The notes under the pieces are model-generated. The model was not told the origin of the DNA, ran no database searches, and worked only from the letters and a program-made list of their open reading frames with translations. Source: Candidatus Cloacimonadales bacterium (GTDB taxonomy: Bacteria > Cloacimonadota > Cloacimonadia > Cloacimonadales > JAIOQZ01). From it: 64,000 nt of DNA. The translations under genes were made by a program, and so were the position numbers. Location of the stretch: assembly GCA_963674825.1 (NCBI GenBank), contig OY771587.1, positions 2,656,001 through 2,720,000 of the forward strand. The letters are read 5' to 3'. The stretch's first letter is position 1. Each line of letters opens with the position of its first letter. This document shows, piece after piece, positions 46,906 through 54,605 of the stretch.

Positions 46906-48291
46906 TCAATCCTTCAGGTCGGAGATCCAGCGAGCAATGATCGCGAACTGGTCGGGCTGGAGTGTGAAAACATCGAACATGAGCTTGCCTTCGCGCAGGA
47001 TGCCTACAACCGGTTTATCGGCTTGCATGAGCGCTTTCCAAATTCGTTCAGCCCATAATTTATCCTGCCTGGGCGGCAATGCCTGTACGGCAAGGCTTGG
47101 GATGCTTAGATGCGGAAGTGTTCCTCCACCGCAATAGGCTATGCTTTCGATGATCTCGGACGCGATTCCTTCCTTTGCCATCGATTCGATAAACTGCTCG
47201 GCCTTGGCGCGAAGTTCGCCCGGCGTCTGGTTAAGCAAGCTGAAAAGCGGTAACCGCGATTTCAGGCTGTCGTCGTCGATGTAGCAGCGAATAACTGCGG
47301 AAAGGGCCGCGAGGGTGAGTTTTCCGGTTCTTAGCGCGCGCATCATGGGTGCTTTGGCGATCTTGCGGATGTGTTCCTGCTTGCCGGCGATAATGCCAGC
47401 CTGCGGACCGCCCAGAAGTTTATCACCGCTGAAACACACGATGTCGACACCTGCGTCGATGGTGCTGCGAATGTCGGGTTCGTTCTGAAGCGGCAGTCCC
47501 TTGGGCTTGCGCAACAGTCCTGAACCGATGTCGTAGATGAAAATAAGGTTGTGCTTGCGTGCGAGATCGACCATCTCCTCGATTTCTGGCTCTTCGGTGA
47601 AGCCGCCGATGAAGTAGTTTGAGCGATGCGCTTTGAGGATGACGCGCGTTTTATCGGTGATGGCGTTTTCGTAGTCACCGATGCGTGTACGGTTTGTGGT
47701 GCCTACTTCTATCATCTTCGCACCACTGGCAGCCATGATGTCCGGCAGGCGAAAGGAGCCGCCGATCTCGATCAATTCACCGCGCGAGACGATCACTTCG
47801 CTTCCTTCTGCAAAGGTCTTGAGGCTAAGCATGACGCCAGCTGCGTTGTTGTTGACTACCACAGCGTCATCTGCACCGGTAACCCACCGGATCAGGTGAG
47901 AAATGTGGGTTTCTCGTTTACCACGTTTCCCTTCGTCGAGGTCGTATTCAAGATTGCTGTAGCCACGAATGATGGGGGTTAACTCGCCCAGGACGTAGTC
48001 ACCCAATGGTGCTCTGCCGAGATTGGTATGGATAACCACACCGGTCGCGTTGATCACCGGTATAAGGGACGGTTTTGCGATCCTGCGACAGCGTGTTTCG
48101 ATATTGTTAATAATCTCTTGAACCGGGATCGCCTTGCCACCATCGAGGATACTTTTGCGGATGTCTTCGAGTTCTTGCCGGATGGATAGTGTGACCAATT
48201 GCGGTCCGTAGCTTTGGATCAATTCCAGGGTCGATTTATCAGTGAGTAGGGTGTCAACGCCGGGGATTTTCTTGAACTCTTCCTGTCTCAT
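46906..48291 (-). CDS. selA: L-seryl-tRNA(Sec) selenium transferase
   Basis: VINATGVVIHTNLGRAP, VNNNAA, SRGELIEIGGSFR, EVGTTN, FSGDKLLGGPQAG; start placed at ATG 48291 because the ORF-track extension reads through the tRNA. Confidence 0.95.
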   Translation of the reverse strand: MRQEEFKKIPGVDTLLTDKSTLELIQSYGPQLVTLSIRQELEDIRKSILDGGKAIPVQEIINNIETRCRRIAKPSLIPVINATGVVIHTNLGRAPLGDYVLGELTPIIRGYSNLEYDLDEGKRGKRETHISHLIRWVTGADDAVVVNNNAAGVMLSLKTFAEGSEVIVSRGELIEIGGSFRLPDIMAASGAKMIEVGTTNRTRIGDYENAITDKTRVILKAHRSNYFIGGFTEEPEIEEMVDLARKHNLIFIYDIGSGLLRKPKGLPLQNEPDIRSTIDAGVDIVCFSGDKLLGGPQAGIIAGKQEHIRKIAKAPMMRALRTGKLTLAALSAVIRCYIDDDSLKSRLPLFSLLNQTPGELRAKAEQFIESMAKEGIASEIIESIAYCGGGTLPHLSIPSLAVQALPPRQDKLWAERIWKALMQADKPVVGILREGKLMFDVFTLQPDQFAIIARWISDLKD

Positions 48292-48326
48292 ATTCACAGC
48301 CTGGTTATGTTGTTTTGGGTTGAAAA

Positions 48327-48421
48327 TGGCTGAGAGGGCAGGAATCGAACCTGCCACGGACGGTATTATCCGCCCGATACTGGCTTTGCAGACCAGCCGG
48401 ACCACCAGATCCATCCTCCCG
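48327..48421 (-). tRNA. selC: tRNA-Sec-type tRNA (selC) with a GCA anticodon
   Basis: CGGGAGG A TGGATC TGGT GGTCCG GCTGGT CTGCAAA GCCAGT AT CGGGCGG ATAATA CCGTCCG TG GCAGG TTCGATT CCTGC CCTCTCA G CCA: 6-bp D stem with 4-nt loop, long variable arm, G73, encoded CCA; 35 nt upstream of selA. Confidence 0.9.
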
Positions 48422-48502
48422 CACGTGGTTTCCTTTTTGCGCTACGGCTTTTCATCCGTCAACGAAAAACTTGCCGTTGTCAAACTTCTTCCATAGCGTT
48501 CA

Positions 48503-49429
48503 TCAAAACTCCTTCAGCCAGCTTTTGTACATGAGCGTCTCTTTGAAACCGCACTTGTCGTAGATCGTGTGTACCGGTCCTTCATTCGAATCGAGGAATG
48601 CCCACTGCGCTTCAATCTCTTTCAGCCTGCGCAAGCCCTCGTGGAGCATGGCTCGTGCGATTCCCCTTCGGTGAAATATAGGCTCGACTCCTACCGGCTC
48701 AAAGTAGCCCGAACGGGTTACGTCATCGAACCAGATGGTAACGAATCCAGCGAGTGTGCCGTCGTCAGCCACAGCCACGATATCGAGGTCGCGTTTGTAA
48801 AGGGGTGCTTTCTGGATGTTGAGGTACCATTCCCATCCCTCGTATTTCTCATCCGGCTCGTTAGGATGAAACGCTCTCCAAGAAACCCAGCTCCGGGCGG
48901 GAAGTTCGTCTCTTGTCCCGAGTGAACGAAGGGAGAATCCTTCAGGAACCGTTACAACCGGTTCGAAATCCGGCAGATAAATTCGACCACAGCGGTCTTC
49001 GCCGGTGGCAATTCGGTATCCTCGATGGAGCAATACCTCGGTTTTCAGCTTGTCCTGCAATTCGCATGCGATGTACAGCTTTTTTCCACCGTCTTGAGAG
49101 CGTTTGAAGTAGGTTTCTTCCGCTCTTTCGACCATAAAGGCCAGAAGCTCTTTTGTGCATCGATGCGGGTGTGTCTGCAAGGCTACTGCTCCGAATGACT
49201 CCTGGAATATCGCACCCAGGAAATTTGCGTTATCGTCTCGAACGATGATTGCACATTTCTGTGGGGGCTGCTCGAGGCAGTTCTTCCAGATATGCCAGTA
49301 GAAGTAATCGAAACGCTGAACGAACCAGTTCATTTCGATGTGGTTGTTCATGAAAAAGGCATCGCGCAGGAATTGGCGCAGTTGATCGTAATCGCGATCT
49401 GGTTGGAATGATGATGTCTGAAACTTCAT
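48503..49429 (-). CDS. GNAT-family N-acetyltransferase
   Basis: FEPVGVEPIFHRRGIAR acetyl-CoA motif A and YDKCGF motif B. Confidence 0.85.
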   Translation of the reverse strand: MKFQTSSFQPDRDYDQLRQFLRDAFFMNNHIEMNWFVQRFDYFYWHIWKNCLEQPPQKCAIIVRDDNANFLGAIFQESFGAVALQTHPHRCTKELLAFMVERAEETYFKRSQDGGKKLYIACELQDKLKTEVLLHRGYRIATGEDRCGRIYLPDFEPVVTVPEGFSLRSLGTRDELPARSWVSWRAFHPNEPDEKYEGWEWYLNIQKAPLYKRDLDIVAVADDGTLAGFVTIWFDDVTRSGYFEPVGVEPIFHRRGIARAMLHEGLRRLKEIEAQWAFLDSNEGPVHTIYDKCGFKETLMYKSWLKEF

Positions 49430-49805
49430 AATATCTCCATGGGACCATCTACGGGTTGAAAGTGTGTTCCAGACCTGCCGTCTGCCGGAAACGATGGGTA
49501 AGACGGCATGAAGTGCTCATAGGGCATGAGCGGATATCGGAAGGTGAATGTTAGCGGATGATCATTTCCTTGTCGCTCCTTGTGTTATCTTGCGTCAGAT
49601 AGTAATAGAGATATGAAGCCTGGCAATGAAAAAATGTTTCTTACTGTAAGCGATTGCATACGCTTATAAAAGAAATACGGCGGAATCAGAGAAAGGCACA
49701 CCGAAGAAAATAGAGATTCTCAGAAAAAAAATCTTTACAATAATTTTCACAATTATAATCTAATAGATTTTGTAGTGATTTGAAATCAATAACCTGGAGG
49801 TAACG

Positions 49806-52800
49806 ATGATAAAACGAATGATCCCTCTTTTGTGGCTTATGAGCCTCGCAGTTGCGATCAGCGCCTTTACACCTGTAATCGACGGCACCAAAGATGCCGC
49901 CTGGGGTGCTACACCTACTGAAGCAACTTTCACTACGATGCAGCCTACGGAATTCAATCTGGAGGATGGCTGCTACGTAACGGACGATGACAACTATATT
50001 TATTTCGGTATCCCGACTGACAACGATCCCTGGGGCGATGGAAACGCCATCCATCTGCATCTGTCGATCGACCTTCGCAACACCGCTGCCGGCGGTACGG
50101 GCGATGCATGGGGAAGCCAGGTACAATATGGCCAACCCTATCTGCCCGATTACGACATCATTATGCAGTGGAACACGAACGATCAGAACGTTGGCTACAC
50201 TGGATTCATGACCTGGAACGGCACCGGCTGGGATCAGGTTCAGCTCGATCCGGCGAACATCGCGGGTGGCGGTGGTCAGTTCACCGAAATCGCAGTTCCC
50301 AGAAGCATGTTCGATAACGTCGAACTGGACGAAAACCTCAATATTTCTCTCTGGCAGCGTCCGGCTTGGAACAAGAACAATGCCAACGCGTGCTGCCCGG
50401 CAGACGCCGAGTTCCCATCCGATTGGGGTGATGGTGCAGGTGGAACCCAGACAACCCAGTTTGCCTATACCGTATCAACTCAGCTTGCCGATACAACTGC
50501 TCCGCGCATGTCCTCGGCAGTGCAGGACGGCCCCTCCACAGTCCGCGTAACCTTCAACGAACCGATGGGTAGCGGCGCTCAAGTGGCTGGAAACTACACA
50601 ATCGATAACAGCGCTTCAATCGATGCAGTATCGATGATTTCTGCGAGTGTGTATGATCTCACCGTCAGTGGCCTTGTTGCCGGTACGGAATACGAACTGA
50701 CAGCGACATCCGCCATTATGGACGTGTCGAACAATCCGATCGACCCTTCCTACAACAGCGATACGTTCACCGCCAGCGCTTTTGCTGATGTGACTTTTAC
50801 AATCAACGACAACAGCCATATCTATGAGAATATCAAAGTCAAGGGTAACTTCGACGAATGGGCTCTTCATCAGGCTTACGACGATGGTACCCATGGCGAC
50901 CCGACTGCCGGCGACTACTCCTGGACCTGCGTGGTAGAGAATGTACCCGAAGGTAGCTGGGAATGGGGCGCAATCGAAGACGATGGCTCACAGTATGGTA
51001 TCTGGCTCATCGATGGTCCGAACCTTCAATTTACCGTGGATAACACAGGTGCTGTGACCGGCGATGTATCGTACGATATCGCTGGTGGAATCGCACAGGA
51101 TGTCGATGTGACCTTCCGTGTCAATATCGGCTCGCTCGACGTAACCGGTGTTTCCGTGCAGGGTAGCGTTCTGCCGCTCAACTGGACGCCCGGCAGCAAC
51201 CTTATGGCCGACCCCGAAAACGATAAAATCTATGAAGCGACGATCACCTTCCCCGCAGGAAGCAACTTCGACGTTGACTACAAATTCACCTACGAATCGT
51301 CTGTCCGTGATTGGAACTGGGAAGATGTCGATAACCGCACATTCACCATCGATGATACGCAGATCTCGATGGTCCTTGATGTCAATTACTGGAACAACAA
51401 CGAAGTAAGCGAGCTGACCGCTGTGTCTTTCATGGACAGCACTACTTCGGATTACACCAACTTCCAGAGCGGCGACGTCCTGGGAGCAGGCAGCAACATC
51501 CAGATCGAAGTTGAAGCCGACGCGATCGACGTTAACAACAACTCAGGCTTCAGCCTGATGCTGCATTACCGCGTGAACCTTGGCCTCGAGCAGTCCAAGG
51601 CCTTCACCTGGGAAAGCAATGGTGAAACAGCTTCCTACTGGCGTGTCGCGCTCAACTACGGCGCTGAAATCAGTGACGATGACAATGTTCTGTTCCGCAT
51701 TGAAGGTACAGACTACAATGGCCCAACCGTCGAAGACGATAATGGTGGCAGCAATTACGAAGTAAGCCTCGGCTCATCTGGAACCCAGCAGGATGTAGAT
51801 GTGACCTTCACATTCAACCTGGGCACTTCCGACGCGATCGAAGTTGGCCTGGTTGGAACTGTCGCTCCACTCAGCCCGTTAGGATCGGACAACCTGATGG
51901 TTGACGACAACGGCGATAAAATCTATACAAAGACTGTCACTTTCCCGGCAGGATCGCCCTACGCAGTGTCTTATAACTATGCCCGTAACCTGCCGGAAAC
52001 ACGCTCCTGGCAGATCGAACCAAGTATCAGCAGAAGTTTCAATCTCGACGACGTGACCGGAACCATGGATCTCGGTGTCGAGTATTGGGAAGGTGTGGCG
52101 GTTTCCGAACTGACCGATGTATTCTTCCTGGACAACGAGACTTCGGTTTATTCAAACTTCGCCAGTGGTGGATCGGTTGATACCGGTAGCGATATCCAAA
52201 TCGAAGCGCAGGTCGAAGGTGTTGACGCCAATGCAAATTCCGATTTCCAGGTAACATTGTATTACCATGTGAATTCAGGAGAGCTTCAATCAAAAACATT
52301 TGGATGGGCAAGCAACTACGAAGGAAATTCCTGGTGGCATGTGATGCTCGAGAACGGTGTCGAAGTAAATGATGGCGACGATGTGAGTTTCTATATCGAA
52401 GCTACTGATTACAACGGTCCGGTCATCACCGATGACAACGACGGTAGCTCTTACACTGTCAGCGTACTCGGTGCCACGACATCGCAAGATGTCACCGTGA
52501 CATTCTCTATCAACGTTGGTGCGCTCAATGCCGACAGCATTTCGGTTCAGGGCAGCGTTGCTCCGCTTAATTGGATAGCCGGTTCAACACCGATGACCGA
52601 TGAAGATGGCGACCGCACTTACACTGTTGATGTCCTCTTCCCGGCAGGCTCACCTTTCACGGTTGAATACAAGTTCACCCGCGAAACGCCTGCAACCCGT
52701 GAATGGGCCTGGGAATACATAGGTAACCGCAGCTTCCAGATTCAGGATGCCGAGTCTACACAGGTTCTGGATCTCGACTACTGGAATCTCAACGAAGTCC

Positions 52801-53396
52801 ACGAAATGACAAGTGCCGCTTTTGCTGACAGCAGTGCATCCGATTACACCAACTTTGCCAGTGGCGACGTTCTTCCCATGGGCAGCGATGTCCTGATCGA
52901 AGCCTATACCGGTGGAATCGATACCAACTACAATTCTGGCTACGAAGTGACACTTCACTACATCATCAATGGCGGAACCGAGCAAACGACAGTGCTGAAC
53001 TGGCAGGGTAGCGATGCGGAATATTCCTGGTGGCGAATCGGCCTCGTGAATGGCGACACCGTCAGTGATTACGATCAGGTTGAATTCTGGATCACAGCAA
53101 CCGACTACAACGGCCCCGTCTTCACCGATGATAATGGTGGCGAGAACTACACCGTCAGCGTTGGTCAGGCAGCACCTCCGGCAGCACCGCAGGATGTCAT
53201 GATCACCGTCGTCGGAACCGATGTCCAGATATCCTGGGCAGCCGTAACCGGCGCGACGAGCTATCGTCTGCAGTCTTGCGATGCACCGGATGGAACCTTC
53301 ACGAACGTAACGGTTACTACCAATACAAGCGTGACCATCACCAATGGCGCGGGTTCTGCCGATATGAAGTTCTATCGCGTTAAGGCAATGAATTAA
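49806..53396 (+). CDS. secreted multidomain carbohydrate-binding protein (DOMON/CBM9-like, Ig-like, three CBM20-like repeats, Fn3-like C-terminus)
   Basis: Signal peptide; repeated VTF.VN...VQGSV.PLNW..G and YKF...WE...NR.F motifs; C-terminal ISWAAVTGATSY...FYRVKA. Confidence 0.7.
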   Translation: MIKRMIPLLWLMSLAVAISAFTPVIDGTKDAAWGATPTEATFTTMQPTEFNLEDGCYVTDDDNYIYFGIPTDNDPWGDGNAIHLHLSIDLRNTAAGGTGDAWGSQVQYGQPYLPDYDIIMQWNTNDQNVGYTGFMTWNGTGWDQVQLDPANIAGGGGQFTEIAVPRSMFDNVELDENLNISLWQRPAWNKNNANACCPADAEFPSDWGDGAGGTQTTQFAYTVSTQLADTTAPRMSSAVQDGPSTVRVTFNEPMGSGAQVAGNYTIDNSASIDAVSMISASVYDLTVSGLVAGTEYELTATSAIMDVSNNPIDPSYNSDTFTASAFADVTFTINDNSHIYENIKVKGNFDEWALHQAYDDGTHGDPTAGDYSWTCVVENVPEGSWEWGAIEDDGSQYGIWLIDGPNLQFTVDNTGAVTGDVSYDIAGGIAQDVDVTFRVNIGSLDVTGVSVQGSVLPLNWTPGSNLMADPENDKIYEATITFPAGSNFDVDYKFTYESSVRDWNWEDVDNRTFTIDDTQISMVLDVNYWNNNEVSELTAVSFMDSTTSDYTNFQSGDVLGAGSNIQIEVEADAIDVNNNSGFSLMLHYRVNLGLEQSKAFTWESNGETASYWRVALNYGAEISDDDNVLFRIEGTDYNGPTVEDDNGGSNYEVSLGSSGTQQDVDVTFTFNLGTSDAIEVGLVGTVAPLSPLGSDNLMVDDNGDKIYTKTVTFPAGSPYAVSYNYARNLPETRSWQIEPSISRSFNLDDVTGTMDLGVEYWEGVAVSELTDVFFLDNETSVYSNFASGGSVDTGSDIQIEAQVEGVDANANSDFQVTLYYHVNSGELQSKTFGWASNYEGNSWWHVMLENGVEVNDGDDVSFYIEATDYNGPVITDDNDGSSYTVSVLGATTSQDVTVTFSINVGALNADSISVQGSVAPLNWIAGSTPMTDEDGDRTYTVDVLFPAGSPFTVEYKFTRETPATREWAWEYIGNRSFQIQDAESTQVLDLDYWNLNEVHEMTSAAFADSSASDYTNFASGDVLPMGSDVLIEAYTGGIDTNYNSGYEVTLHYIINGGTEQTTVLNWQGSDAEYSWWRIGLVNGDTVSDYDQVEFWITATDYNGPVFTDDNGGENYTVSVGQAAPPAAPQDVMITVVGTDVQISWAAVTGATSYRLQSCDAPDGTFTNVTVTTNTSVTITNGAGSADMKFYRVKAMN

Positions 53397-53414
53397 TCAC
53401 GATTATCACCATAG

Positions 53415-53451
53415 AAAAACGCCCCGTCCGATTGGATGGGGCGTTTGTTTT
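53415..53451. terminator. bidirectional terminator
   Basis: AAAAACGCCCCGTCC-gatt-GGATGGGGCGTTTGTTTT between convergent genes. Confidence 0.8.
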
Positions 53452-53495
53452 CTGGTATGCAGATATCTGGGACCAATTCTCAAATATCTGCTTCT

Positions 53496-54305
53496 CTATA
53501 TCGTGTCATGGATATTTTGAGCCATCTTCTCATAGAGCATGCGACGGGCATCGCGATCATAAACATTATCGCTGTACTTATCGCACAAAGCAACCGACAT
53601 AAAGATAATATAGTCGTGATTCGTATAATTCATCGAATAAATGAAGTATGCGTACCCCGTATCGATCGATTCGAAGTCATCGACGCATCCCACCGGGAAG
53701 GTATAGCTGCGGTCGCTTGGGGAGATATCCTCGAGGAAGACGTCATCATCGTACGTCTCATCTTCTACGTTATAGCACTGACTGATTGCGTACGCTGCCT
53801 GCATCATGTTGTTATTATCCAAATCCCATGAAAATGTGACTTCCTCGTTCGAACTGGTGAGTGAATCGGGTTTGGTCCACGTCGGGTAATATGCGACCGT
53901 GATATCTCCTGAGACAATATCGTTAACGATGATAATATCATCTTCGACCTGTTGGTAACAATAGCTGATCGCGTAGTTCTGGCCGGAAACAAGTTCATTC
54001 GGAAGAACGAACTCTGCGTAGATAAGCTCGCAATATGTGAGGTAGTCGGAATAATCTTCACCATCGATGTGCAAGTAGTGGTAGTAATCGCCATCAAACG
54101 AATCGTCGTCGTATTCGTCATAGCCCTCGACCGTGATAGTTGTTCCTCGATCTCTTTCGGATCCGACTCCGATCACATAGTGTGAAACTGCGGTTTTAAT
54201 GATGATATTGTTGAAACCATAGTCTGCGGATTCTTCTTCACTCTCGCATGATATCAGAGCAGCCAGGAACGTTAATGCGAGTATCGTGATTCCCAGATAT
54301 CTCAT
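53496..54305 (-). CDS. hypothetical acidic lipoprotein
   Basis: Lipobox ALISC after a hydrophobic signal; AGGAG RBS. Confidence 0.75.
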   Translation of the reverse strand: MRYLGITILALTFLAALISCESEEESADYGFNNIIIKTAVSHYVIGVGSERDRGTTITVEGYDEYDDDSFDGDYYHYLHIDGEDYSDYLTYCELIYAEFVLPNELVSGQNYAISYCYQQVEDDIIIVNDIVSGDITVAYYPTWTKPDSLTSSNEEVTFSWDLDNNNMMQAAYAISQCYNVEDETYDDDVFLEDISPSDRSYTFPVGCVDDFESIDTGYAYFIYSMNYTNHDYIIFMSVALCDKYSDNVYDRDARRMLYEKMAQNIHDTI

Positions 54306-54459
54306 ACAGGTCTCCTTGTGTTTGTTATGTTCTGTATAACAATCAAATGCGTCTGATCCTGTAAAGAAAGTTTTAGATGGTGATTTGAATCATTTTTCAT
54401 TGACGGTTTTACGGGAATAAATTCAATCGGGTTCTATAAAACGAAAGGAGACGAAGAAG

Positions 54460-54525
54460 ATGCATACACACCATGAGACAAGCCAGCATGATATCTTCGC
54501 CCCATCGTTACATCTGCTCCCCTGA
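54460..54525 (+). CDS. candidate 21-aa leader peptide upstream of leuS (MHTHHETSQHDIFAPSLHLLP)
   Basis: AAAGGAG RBS, ATG at 54460, TGA at 54523-54525 inside a CCCC-TGA-GGGG hairpin. Confidence 0.5.
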   Translation: MHTHHETSQHDIFAPSLHLLP

Positions 54526-54605
54526 GGGGGATAAACAACTTCAATTCGCTTCCGAAGACGCTCATCACACAAAGAGATAAATTAAATAACATACGGAGGA
54601 TTTTC

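Noticed and set aside
48292..48414. 41-aa N-terminal extension of SelA in the ORF track
   Set aside because: It reads through the tRNA gene; SelA-like sequence begins at ATG 48291
48327..48421. Ordinary tRNA-Cys call based on the GCA anticodon
   Set aside because: The long variable arm, 6-bp D stem, G73 (tRNA-Cys uses U73) and selAB context all indicate a tRNA-Sec body
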